Shown here: in pieces, positions 23,897-36,452 of the stretch
Position numbering within the stretch: position 1 is the stretch's first letter
Layout: each line of letters begins with the position of its first letter
Assembly: GCA_050575255.1 (NCBI GenBank)
Contig: JBNZDD010013729.1
Span: 4,842,731-4,906,730, forward strand
DNA length: 64,000 bases
From: Harriotta raleighana
Lineage: Eukaryota
Reading direction: 5' to 3'
The notes under the pieces: generated by a model
The model's database searches: none
Told to the model about the DNA's origin: nothing
What the model saw: only the letters and a program-made list of their open reading frames with translations
Position numbers and translations under genes: made by a program

Positions 23897-26847
23897 TTGT
23901 CTAACAAAGGATGAATGGGATCTAAGAGGAGTTCAGTGACACAAATCCACACCTTTAGATGAGGAGTGGAATATAAACAACTTAATTCTCATTGTATTAC
24001 TTGTGAACCATGCTGAGTTCATTTAACTCTAGTTACAGTATTGCAAAAATATATAAAGTGATAAAAATTGACTCAAGTAGGGAGAAATAAAGTTAGTTTA
24101 TCGACTTCACATGACCAATATACTGTATTATTGTGTTTTTTTGAGGGATTACATTTATAAGCGTTCCTGTTAATAACACTAATATTTTGACAATCAATGG
24201 CTTTTCCAAGTCACTCGGAAATGACTTTCCAAGTCCCCGCAGTGAAATTCTACAAGGACATTGACGTTCTTTGATATTTCAAACCATGATTGCTGTATAA
24301 ATAATATTACATTTCATCCTTGTTATCTGTGGTTTTTGTAACGTTTCATAATTGATATCAAACTGAATTTCATTGTGTGGACCCCGACCTGCTCACAGTA
24401 GGATTATAAAAGTTGTAATTTCGGTAGGTTATTACCTCAATGACTAAGTAATTGTTGGCATTGCTCCTTTCTCTATAGGGCAATCTTTGAATAAAGCGAG
24501 TTCCTTTGACTGCAATACAATGATAATGGACAAGGCTTCCGTTCAGCTTGGCATCTTCATCTTGATAATTATCGGTTCCCAGCACTTGCTCCTCTCTGGA
24601 AATAAAGGATACGGAGAGGTTTGAAGTGGAAGTGGACTTTGCAGGATCAAATGGGGGTCAAGGGATAAGAGCTTTAATGGTGAAAGCAAACACCAGAAAT
24701 GTACAAGGTAATCAATGTGTCCAAAAAAAGTGGCAATCACAGTCTTAGCACAATTAGCCTTATTGTGCGATCGAGCCCGAGGCCAGAGCTCCTGTGCTCT
24801 CTCTGTGCACAAAGGCAGGTAGCAAATTCTGCCACGGTGAGAATAAGAATCTTTGCATTTGGTGAAGAGCCTTATCACATCAGAAGGACTCGAAGCATTT
24901 CACAGGATTGGCTGCGATGTGGATGAACTGTGTATTTTGTAGGCAAACACAGCAGCACAGTTGCACACAGCAATATCCCACAAATAGCCATGGAGCGAGT
25001 GATCAATTTTATTTGGGGGGGGCTTGTTGACCTGGACACCGATAGTGGGGCAGGTTAAGATGGAACAAGGTCAACAGGTGAAATTTATGTAGCGCCCCTC
25101 ACTGAGGGAAGGGTCCCAGAGCACTTCACAGCAGCAGAGCACAATGCTGAGACAGGGGGAGATGAGCGTAGGCATGGTCGAAGAGGCAGGTGTTCAGAGC
25201 CGACCTGAAGATGGGGATGGAAGGGGCACAGCAGAGTATTAGAGAAAATGTGTTCCAGAGTTTCATGACGCCATGAAGCGGGCTGGAGTTAGCTGAGTGA
25301 AGGGAGTGGCCTGCTCAGTAGGGCTATGGGAGGTAGGGATGGGGTCAAGCCATGGAGGGATTGAGGCTGAAGATTTCATAGCGGTTGCAGTGTTTAATTT
25401 CTTTTCTCAGGATTTGGGTTTGAGATGGGCTCAGAGGAGAATAATCCGCAGCAACCGGTCAGAGGCCTATTCGCTAAACGTCCCTGAGGCATCGCTAATG
25501 CCATCGTGAAACGGTGGTTAATTTCAGGTGAGAAAAAAAAGCCGACAAATTCATTCACAACTGTTTCTGTTTGGTCAAAGAAGGAAATAAAAAGGTCAAG
25601 ATTAAGACAAACTTTACCAGTCAACAGACATAAGACCTGGCTTGTCTGTAATTGCCCCTGAGACCAAAGGTCACCTTTTATACACCTTTATAAACTAGTC
25701 GTAAAATGCCATTACTGCACTTGAAAGGCATGTGCCCGTTTATGTCAACAATAGCCAATGTTGGCTTTATCTCAGGCTTTATTTATCTGCTTGAAAACCA
25801 AGGCCTCTGCAGAATTTTCTAACGAAAGGAAGAAAAGGGTGTGTTTCTCTGAGATAAAGAGCTCCCCATTGCACTATTCGAAAAGACAAGGGAGTTTCTC
25901 CAAAGTATCCTGGCCAACAATCTCCCAGAAAAAATGGTCATTCACATCCAAGCATAGGTTTAAAGTACAGGAGTGTGGCGAAAAAATTAGGGACTGAAAG
26001 GCTTGCCAATGCCTTGGGACGTCCTCCCGACGTGAAAGGCGCTCTATAAATGGAATTTTGTTGTTTTGTTGTTGTTGTTGCTCTTTAAAAGAGCCAGCAA
26101 GGATACGAAGGGCCAAATGGCCTTCTTCTTGGCTGTGATGCATGGCTTTTTTATGGGGTGTTGCTGGGCTTAATATCGTATCTGAAAGATGCCATCTTCA
26201 AGTATCAGTCTGCACTGTGAGCTCAAAGATGCCCCATGGGATGTGAGCTCACAATCCTCTGAATCAACTTGCTGCGCACTGAGGCAGACTGATATCTGAG
26301 GAGCTCTTTGCTCTTCTGTGAAATCTTGTTTTATTATGAGCTACAGCCCAAAATCTTCCTATCTCTTGCTAGCCAACAGTGTACAATTTGCACCTGCATA
26401 AGATGATCAAAATGCAACATGGTATTAAATATACGAACTGCAACTTTTGTATAGGAATCTGAAGAAATTCTAGTGGTGAGATTTACGATGGCAAAGAATG
26501 AGGCAGAGTGGAAACACATTGAGACCTGCTTTGGGCTACATGAAGCAATGACACAGAGTTTGCTGCGGTGGAGCAATGTTGAATGGGAAAGATGGATTAA
26601 TTCATTCGTCCCTCTTGCTAACACTCACCCTTGGAACTTCACAGAGCACTGCACTGAAGTGTCTACAAATACACTGTCACTGTAAAACTCATCGGAAGCA
26701 CTTTGAGCCATATCGACAGTGCGACAAGGCACTGTATCAAATACAAGGATAATACGAATAAAGAAATGATAATCACTAGGGCCTTTACATTGTTATCGGA
26801 CACACCTAGTGGATTGATAAAAGTTGAAGATTCAGTAGAGTTAAGTT

Positions 26848-27107
26848 GAGAGACCTGGGTACAATTCCCGGGAAGGGCGAAACCTTGAGCAGGTTTCCTT
26901 ACTCCACATACCTAATAATAATCTATCAAAAAAAATTGGTCATTTCAATCCATGACTGTATGTGGGACACTGCTGTGTGCAATTGGTTGCCATATTTCGC
27001 CCACAAATATACAGTCAATTCACTTTTTGAGTATATTCTGTGCAGTGCTTTGAGACATCTAGAAAACATGAAAAGCGCTATATCAAATGCAAGGATTATT
27101 ATTATTA
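26848..27107 (+). mobile_element. SINE, head truncated
   Basis: gagacctgggt...gggcgaaaccttgagcaggtttccttactcc...atcaaatgcaaggattatt. Confidence 0.9.
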
Positions 27108-27889
27108 GTAGCATTGACTGTTTGAGCTCGCTCACCGATCAGTGGATAGGTTTTACCTTAACCTTGAAGCTCACGCAGAATTGTGGAAAATTGTTCAATT
27201 CTGCTTTCAATATGGAAGTCGTTTTTTACATAATTCTTCACACCATCCGGCTCACAAACTGAGGTCATGTAACCAATCCTCCAGGTGAAACAGTCGTACA
27301 TTTCACGACTGTTTGGGGAACTTTGCGTGCCCAAATGGGCCACCTGCAAAACACACAACAATTATCCCGTGAAACTATTTGAGACATTTTGATATTAGAG
27401 GCGCTGCGTTAAATGCAAGGATCATTATGTATTACTGTAACAACAAGTCTACGTTTCCGGGACAGTCTGAAGGCAAGTGCATTCGTGCTCTGAAATTGAA
27501 CAGCATTGTGTTCAGGAATATTTTAATAATCAACTTTAACTGTTGGTTTCCAGCCAGGAAAATGAAACGCCGTGTTAGTCCCAATGTTCTAGAGAGTGCG
27601 CAGAACTATTTTTAATAGACTTGTGCGCTTTTACAACTGATCCCTTGGGTTCTCTCCACTGTATTGCAGATCATCAACTTGTTTTTTCATCATGTACCAC
27701 CTAGGAGAATGACACTTAATAAAATTAAAGTCTTGGATTCTGTCCAGGAAATGAGATGAAAGAATGTGTTTCACAGAAAGTTCTTGGGGGTAGGATTCCT
27801 CCAGTTAACTGGAAATAAAAATTGGATCCTTGAGCTATCTAACAATGGAGTGAGATTCCAGTCTTCATAGAATATAATGATGCATAATA

Positions 27890-28215
27890 ATCTGTGTATT
27901 TGACATGTTGGCCAGATATCCCAAAGTGTTTCATGGCCTGTTTGCCGTAAAGTGTAGTCACTATGTATATTTTTAGGCAGCCAATTTGGATACAGCAATA
28001 ACCCTCAAACAGCCATGATGTGAATGATCACTGCTATCTGAGGGAATTGTTGGCTGGGACACGAGAGAAACTGGCTTCTCTTTACAAAACATTGCCAAAT
28101 GATGTTCAACGTCCATCTAAACGGGGAAACAGGACCTCGGTTAAACAGCACCCTAGACTGTGAGAGTCCACTGTCCCAATGTGGGGCTTAAACCCACAAC
28201 CTTCTGATTCCGAGG
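27890..28215 (-). mobile_element. Old Deu SINE
   Basis: ggcagccaattt...caaacagcc...aacgtccatct...cctcggttaaac...aaacccacaaccttctga. Confidence 0.68.
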
Positions 28216-29641
28216 TAAATGTGATGATAATAATAATCCTTGCATTTGATACCAACTGAGCTACCAACTGAGCGAGGGAAACATCTCACAGATATTTGCT
28301 GTCAAGAGTAATGACTGTAGATTCTGAAAGTCAACTTTAATTCAGTCGCAGACACATCGAAACTCTGGTCTGCACTGTACTCAGAGTGAGATTTTTGGAG
28401 GTATGAAGAGCACTACCTTGTCTAATCGTTCCTAATAGCTTATTGCACTATCATTGCTGTGCGTACTGATCATTCCAGTGTAACGCCAGGATAAGGCAAA
28501 TCCTCCGAGCTAATCGAGTGCCATCTGTGACCCATTTTGGGGTAATGTGTATTGCCATCGGAATATCTGCCACAAGCAATTTATACGTGTGTGTGACACT
28601 GCCCCCATTGTTCCTGCTGGCTCCTTGAGTGGAAAGAAAAGGGAACAAAAAAGTACATGTAGCTAAATATCATTGGCATGTACAAACAAAACAAACACTA
28701 CAAAAAAAAATGGAATTGGAAACAGATTGCTCTTCAAATGCAGTGTTTGACATCAATAATTTCATACGCACGTAGAAACAAATGGAGAAGTGGATTCAGT
28801 CCTGTCAATCTTTTACGGCTTTCTGCATCAGGCAATCCAGAAATGAAAGCTGTCTCGACTCAGAACGAAGGATGAGATGACGGAAAGCAAGACCGAGCAA
28901 ACGACAAACAGTTAGAACATCTAAGAAGCTGTGGGATGATGCTTTGGTATAAAAACAATGAAATGAGGTTATACAATCTCAGAGCCTTGATGGCTTTATA
29001 ATGCTCAATGCTATGCAGAGAGTGGAATGAATGAAACAATCTAGTTTTCAACGATGTCATATCACACTGTATTATAACTTCTGAGAGCCTTCCCTTGTCA
29101 CGAGCCACTAAAGATACAGACCAGATATTGTCCTCACTCTATGCAGATACTGATCTGCATATGCTGGATGGCTCTACACATCAATGTGCACCCACCCGAT
29201 CCCTGTACACATATCAGAAATGAATCTAGAAGTGACAGAGAGATGAAAGCCACAACTTGTACATGTCCCAGCCAAAATTTAACCTTGGCTTATAAGATGT
29301 TTTGTCGTAAAATTTGAGATGGTGCAGCAATTATTCTTCGATTCTACCTCAATTTGGAAGTCGGATTTTTTTTAAAAGCCCTGTCAGCTAGCTCTCAATC
29401 AAAGAAATAATTTTCTATCCAATCCTAAACTTTAAGGCAGAATGGTGGTACAGACTGCGAGTATTCTACAACACAATTTACATTGATGCAGTTTCCTATC
29501 GAGTCATCTCAAAATGCTTCACAAGATTAGTAATGTAGCAAAAACAAAGAGTAATACAACCAAACCCGTGCATTTGCCACAACAACAAGCATTTGCATCG
29601 CACCTTTCACAAAGAAGAACATCTCAGAGTACTTTAGAATG

Positions 29642-29975
29642 ATAATAATAATAATAATCCTTGCATTTGATATAGGGCTTTTTACATCTGATCAACGTCC
29701 CAAAGCGCTTCACAGAATATACTGTAAAGTGAATTGACTGTATATTTGTGGGCGGAACGAGGCAGCCAATTGCGCACAGCAGTGTCCCACAAACAGTCAT
29801 GGATTGAAATGACCAATTTTATTATTGTGGTTTTTTTTGGAGGGATTATTATTAGGCATGTGGAGTAAGGAAACTTGCCCAAGGTTTCGCCCTGATCTGC
29901 CTGGATTTGAACACAGGTCTCATGCTTGTAAAGCATGTAAGGCGAGTGCTCTAACCACTGAGCCACAGGAGCTCC
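29642..29975 (-). mobile_element. tRNA-derived SINE, full length (young; 9-nt head duplication)
   Basis: Near-consensus throughout; possible atgat target duplication on both sides. Confidence 0.95.
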
Positions 29976-31378
29976 ATGATGGTGTTAGCCAATGAGCTAA
30001 AAGGGAGGGTGGTGGGTAGGTAACAATTGGCACGGTTGAAGAGCGACAGGTGGGACGAGAGATAGAGATAGAGAGTTGCAGAGGTTGGAAGAGTTTTAAA
30101 GCTGGGAAATGAATGAGGACCACATTAAGAAGTCAAGGAAGGAGGTGGCCAAAACATAAATGAGAGTGTTGGTGGGTGGGATATGGTGTGAAGTAAGGGC
30201 AGAGGTGGGCAATACAATACAATACATTTGTACAGCACCTTTCACATCAGGAAGACATTCCAAGGCGCTGAATGAAAGTCCCAAGGTGCAATGCAAGTTA
30301 CAAAGCAATATTGGACCCTGGAAAGCTATGTGCATACTCAACAAGCATCCAATGTACTGTATTACCCAAGTCTTTGCTATCATGATGGGAACTTGGACTG
30401 AAAGATGGTCCTTGTAGTTTGAGTGCTGCACACCTCAACTATTGTGGTGAAACATCCCTGGATTGTACACGTTGTGCGAGCTAAGATCAAATTGCGATCC
30501 CGAGCCACTTGTGGAGACTGCCTAGCGGTCAACGAAATAGCTGCCGCAAGCAATTTCCATCGGTGCCCCTGACCCTCGATCGCTCCCGCTGTCTCCTGGC
30601 TTCCTGGTAGGAAAGAAATAGCAACAAAAAGAACTAAATGTCATTGGCATTCATAAGCAAAGCGTACATCAGCAGAATGGCCAAAAGAGAAAAGGGAGCG
30701 ATTGAAAGCAGATGGCACTTCAAATGCAGTGTTTGGGCTTGGAATTTTTTGCGTATTCCCAGGGCTGTGTGGAAATAGCCAGGGCATGAAAATCTGGATG
30801 TGTTTTGCCATTGCATCTCCTCCCAGATATGAAGTCAACATCCAATCCAATGTGACCCGTTTCCTACATCTGCAATACCACCTGATCCAGGCAATTGCAC
30901 CTTTCATATCAGTATGATATGCCCCACCCTTTGGAATAAATTCAACAGAGCTCTTCACATGATTTACTGTAAAACGGAGTGACTGTGTATCTTGTAGGGC
31001 TTGGGTGATGTCGCTACACAAAATCCTGGTTTGTAGCTACCAAACCACAACATCCCAGGGCTTGAACCCATAACCTTTTTGACTCAGGTGCATGAGTACT
31101 GCCCACAGCACCCCACTTCAGCATTGAACGACTTGGGGTAGAAAAAGATGGAAGAAGTGGTTGATGTTGTCAATGGAAAAACATCAGAAAACAGAGCCTT
31201 CCTACCTGCTTGTTGGCTTACAACGGGTGAAAATGTGTATATCGCCATTACCAAATGTGAAATTTTCTAGTCAGTAAATAAACAGATGGGATCTTCCAAC
31301 CAAACAAGAAAATACGATCACTATTTTTAGCTATTGTTGAGTGAACAGCTCTATTATTGCTCCAAATGTGGTGCTATA

Positions 31379-31752
31379 TAATAATAATCATTGCATTTAA
31401 TATAGCGCTTTATCATGCCTTCATAACATATCAAAACACTACATAAAATATACCACAAAGTGAAATGACTATGTATTTTGTGGGCGAAATGCGGTAGCCA
31501 ATTGTACGCAGCTGTGTCCCACAAACAGTCACGGATTGAGTGACCAAATTTTTATTATTATTATTAAAAGGATTATTAAACCCAGAAAAGCAAGATCTGC
31601 CGATCGACAAACAACCGGATTCCTACTTACTGCTAGGTAAACAGAGGCATGGGGTGTAAGGAAACTTGCCAAAGGTTTTGCCCTGCCCGGGAATCGAAAC
31701 CAGGTCCTCTCGCTTGCCAGGTGAGTGCTCTCACCAATATGCTACACAACTC
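31379..31752 (-). mobile_element. tRNA-derived SINE, full-length long (complete CORE-like) variant
   Basis: Same head and tail as the young SINE plus ~65 extra bp at ~31580-31646 (…ttcctacttactgctaggtaaacagaggc). Confidence 0.88.
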
Positions 31753-33368
31753 TAAATGCACATTTCATGTCAGCAATTCTAAGTGACTCCTTTCACCTTC
31801 CCCACCATGAAATTATACATTTGCGATCTTTTGGGCCAAAGCATCCTACAGGTAAAAAGGCACCTTACCAAGGGATGTTTAAATAGCTCCTGACATGCAA
31901 AAAGTAGGTTCATGAGGAAATGATTTAAGTTCTGTCCATGACCCTAATTTCCTTTGGCTGGACTTTTTTGTGTTTTATTTGAACTGGAAGTGAAGGAATT
32001 GTCAAATCAATTCTGTTGGCAACGAGGAGGTCTGGGCATCTTATGGTAAGTGTTAGCCTTACACAGCGCTGCATCTCTGAGCTTCCTTGCTATAAAGTAA
32101 CTAATACAAAACAGCAAATAATAATGACAATTAAGACTTCTCAAAGATCTTTGCAGGATATGGTGGTTTATTCGGGTATTTTGTGGGAGAATCCCGGCAG
32201 CCAATTGCACTCAGTAGTGTTGTACTTCCTCAATCATTGGGTAATATCAGTTTCGTTGAATCTTGCTGTTTTAATGTATTTTAACAATATAATAATAACA
32301 AATTTTTTATAGCGCTTTTCACGTCAGGAGGACGTCATACAATAATAGCATGCGTTAAAGCATTAACCTATGCATTGTATATAATATTAAAAGATCTATA
32401 ATTCACACCACTTGAATTGGGTAAAATAGTTTTCTATTCACGTACAGTGTCGTGTAAGTGGCTGTGGAGTGAGCGACCAATTGTATTTGGGCTGTAAATA
32501 AAACATTCATGGGAGTCCAGGTTTCCTAACATTTTTCAGTTTGGGGGAATTGGTGAGAGACAGGATATGCAGTTGAATCTCACCAAGCCATCTTTAATAT
32601 TAACAATTAATAATCAATACATTTGCATTCGATCTCGTGCTTTAAATGGAATTTACTACGAACTATGGTGAATATGTACAAATTTTGTGGGCAAATGTAG
32701 CAGCCAATTTTGCACACAGAAGTCTCACAAACAGCCCAGAGGTGGGTGAGTGATCGATTTTATCTGTGGGATTGTTTGACAGGATGTTGGGAGAAACTCG
32801 CTCCTCTTTTTGACTAGTACCACAGGATCTTTAAAACCCACCTAGACAGGCAGATGGACCTTGAGTTAATGTCTTATCCGAGGGATGTTGCTACCTTTAC
32901 GGATAATTCCGGGTGACAGTGAACTTTCTGTAGCTACGAGCAGTGAAGTACGTACATTGGTGGTGTTTTGTGAAGCAGACTGAATCCTCGTCGTTAGTAT
33001 CACTGAGATAATTCTGACCTTTAGAGTGAAAATGTCTCTGAGTCAAAAGGTTGTCAGACGGGAAATGAATCTCTTTGCATTGTGCTCTCTCTCAAAAGAC
33101 TCAGTTGAGTTTCAAATGTTGGATGTATCGCTAATCTGTCACTGATGCATTTTCTCACTGTTGATGAGCTTTTTCCAATCAATGATGAGCAGAGGCTATT
33201 AATGGTCTAGTTTCTACCTTGCGCTTAGACGTGACAAACAGTGTATGTGGCTCATATCCCACCCATTCAGGCGTTTTTGTGTTGTATCACTAGGGCATTG
33301 CAACATTGGAATAGAAGTTGAGAATTTATTAATTAGAGCAGGTGAGATGAGACCTGATTAGAACAATC

Positions 33369-33559
33369 ATAATAATAATCCTTGCGTTTCATATTGCACT
33401 TTTCACATTTTATCAACGTCTCAAAGCGCTTCACAGAATATACTGGAAAGTGAATTGAATGTACAGTTGTGGGTGAAATGCAGCAGCCAATTGCGCACAG
33501 CAGTGTCCCACAAACAGTCCTGGATTGAAATTATTGTGTGTTTTTTTTGGACGGATTAT
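33369..33559 (-). mobile_element. SINE 3' half
   Basis: Consensus tail and body. Confidence 0.88.
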
Positions 33560-33646
33560 GGATGAAAACCCATCCAAAATATGACATTACAAAAAATATA
33601 CATCAGCAATGTAAAATAGTCAAATAAAATAGTTAACAATAATAAT

Positions 33647-33780
33647 AATAATCCTGGCATTTTGTACAGCAACCCCAGCACTGCACTGGAGTGTCAGCCT
33701 TGACTCCGAGCTTAAAGTCTGCGAGCTAGGCTGAAACCCACAACCTTTTGACTCAGAGGCAAGAATGCTGAGCCAGGCTG
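33647..33780 (-). mobile_element. Deu SINE head fragment (similar fragment at 33985-34105)
   Basis: cagcactgcactggagtgtcagcct...aacccacaacctt.tgactcagaggcaag. Confidence 0.75.
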
Positions 33781-34813
33781 GAACCATAGTCTCGACAGCA
33801 CAAATAGCCTCCTTCTGTGCTGTAATTTCCATGGTATGAAACTACTAGTCGCTGGGGCTTTTCTGGAATTAATGATTGGGTTAGAAAGACCAGCCTTTTG
33901 TATGACCAACAATAGTCAAGTAAAGGAAGGGAACTATGTTGTGGGAACCCAGAGTGTATGGTGATGTAACCACTAGAGTTTGACTCCCCCAGCCCTGCAT
34001 GAGATGTCAGCCTACACCATGTGCACAGAGTTCCAACGTGGATCTTGAAGCCACGACCTTCTGACTCAGAAGAGAGAGAGTGCTACCCACTGAGCCAGGC
34101 TGACAACCTTTGTAACTCAATAGCTCCATCCTCGCTGGACCAAACTCGCTCAGTCAGTTTGACCAAATGTATTTCAGAGTCCCAAGATGGACATCTCAAA
34201 CTGGAGGCTGAATATTCTGTACTGCAGAGCACTGTCTGACATCAAACTGATGGTGGCAAAGGCAGAGCATTCCCCTAACCCTGGATTAACTCATCATCCA
34301 GTATTCACAGTAGAAAGGAAATAAAAGTGCCTTGGGCTTAATAGGCTCAAAAGGTATACTTAATAAGTCACGCATGTTCTGTGAATTAAAGGTAGTGAGG
34401 CAGAGATAACAGACTCTCCCCCGCTGTGGCTTTGTGAGGGAAGAGCTCAGCAGAGATCTGATCTGAGCAATATAAACAAGATATTAAACTGTCTAGCCAG
34501 GTGGCAAGACAGAAGTGACAACGAGGCATTTTCTTTGCTTGGCACATTCTTCACATTGGCCTCAGGGTTTGAGTTTGGGGTGTTTCCTGATGTGTTCCTT
34601 CTCGTGATCGACTCAGAGGAACAGCTTCTGAAATGCTCGCAAACATTTCCCCCCACCCACCCCGGATTCTGGTGAATTGCGCGAAGGGTTATTGGTTTCC
34701 GGGAAACGTGGAATGTAGCAGCAATCTCAACTTCCCAGCCACGTACAGAGTCGGCGCAAACAGATTGGGGATAATATGAAAATGATACCTAACATTAATA
34801 TTAATTCCTGCGT

Positions 34814-35134
34814 TAATAATAGTAATCCTTGGCTTTGATGTAGCACTTTTCATATTTTATCGACATCTCAAAGCGCTTCACAGAATATACTGTGAAATGA
34901 ATTGACTTTATATTTTTGGGGTGGGCGAAATGCGGTAGCCAATTGCTTGCAGCAGTTTCCCACAAACAGTCGAGGATTGAAATGACCAATTTATATTATT
35001 GTGGGTTTTTTTTGGACGGATTATTTTTAGGTGTGTGGAGTAAGGAAACTTGCCCAAGGTTTCGCCCTGATCTGCTTGGATTCGAACACAGGCTTGTAAG
35101 GCGAGTGCTCTAACCACTGAGCTACAGGAGCTCC
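34814..35134 (-). mobile_element. tRNA-derived SINE, full length (young subfamily)
   Basis: Ends in gagtgctctaaccactgagctacaggagctcc; ggattcgaac is the B-box reverse complement. Confidence 0.95.
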
Positions 35135-35848
35135 ACAAATACAAAGCCTATACCATCGAGAATGGCCTCAAAGCACTTGGCAGACTTGTCGTGTGAAATA
35201 TAGTGCCTGTGTCTATGTAGGCTTTGTTTCAGTCAAAATCTTCCCAGTCAAAAGATGTGTTAAGTTTACAGTAAACGCTCAACAACCCGATAAACTCTTA
35301 TTTTTTCAGACTAAAAGGGATAAAAGTTTTTATTTACACCAACACACACACACATAGAGTTAAATAAGAATTGCCACATTTCATCACGCATTTTCTCGTG
35401 TTAATGGACGTAAGGCAGTAAATATTCCCACATGTAATTAATTGTTTAAACTGTGATAAAGAGGCATTAAATATACATGAACAATGACTTTCACTTATAT
35501 TGCTCCATTCCCGATGTAAAAGGTGCTCTGTAGATGTAATTTTGTTGTTGTTGTTGTTGTTGGTTCTGTGGTTAGCACCAGCTCTTAACAATGATGTGGT
35601 TTGACATCGAGCCAGAACGAGATGGGTGCAGTGACCGAAGCTACAGTCGAAGAGGAAAGTCTTTGAGTTGACTTGATGATCGGGAAAAGAGAAGGGTTTT
35701 GNGTTGGTTCTGTGGTTAGCACCAGCTCTTAACAATGATGTGGTTTGACATCGAGCCAGAACGAGATGGGTGCAGTGACCGAAGCTACAGTCAAAGAGGA
35801 AAGTCTTTGAGTTGACTTGATGATCGGGAAAAGAGAAGGGGTTTTTTT

Positions 35849-36452
35849 CAACAAAAACAACAAAGTTACACTTGTACAGCGTCTTTCATGTCGGGAGGAT
35901 GTCCCAAAGTGCTGGACAGTCACTGTTTCAGACCCAAGCTGGGGTTGGGATCAGGGAGGGTGGAGGGAAAGGAGGGGATTTGTGGTGACCGATGGGACCG
36001 TAGAAGAGTAGAGTCTTGAGGCAGTCTTGAAGGAGGTTGAGGAGGGGGCGGATAGCTTGGTAAGGGATTAGAAAGTTGCAGAGGTAGGGTGGGGCGAGGC
36101 CATGGAGAGCTTTGATGATGAGGACCAGGATCTTGAATTGAATCCTCTGGGTGATGAGGAGCCAATGGAGTCGGGTGAAGATAACAGCTTGGAATTTAGA
36201 GTTGGATTCATATAGCATCCTCCACGCTGGACGGCGACTCAGAGCGCTTAATGATGGGGGAGATGGGGTCACGGAGCTTGGAGCAGTAGAAGACACAAAC
36301 TGAAGAGTTCTGAATTATCTGCAGCCTATGGAGGGAGGAATTGGGAAGGCCGACAAGAAGGGTGTTGGCATAGTTGAGCCTGGGTGTGATAAAGGAATGA
36401 ATGAGAGTTTCATCGGCCTGAGGGGTGAGTTAGTGGCAGAGTTGGGCAATGT
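35849..36452 (-). mobile_element. L2 LINE fragment with a ~70-bp foreign insert (36183-36252)
   Basis: RLHWLLITQRIQFKILVLIIKALHGLAPPYL on the minus strand; (caa)n tail and stem-loop. Confidence 0.92.

Noticed and set aside
26846-27262. Recurrent ORF peptides such as GKFPYSTCL and WDTAVCNWLP suggesting a gene family
   Set aside because: They are translations of the non-coding SINE consensus in varying frames and strands.
30478-30510. Minus-strand peptide SGSGSQFDLSS resembling immunoglobulin V framework 3
   Set aside because: Flanked by stops; no conserved Cys/Trp, YYC motif or recombination signal sequence.
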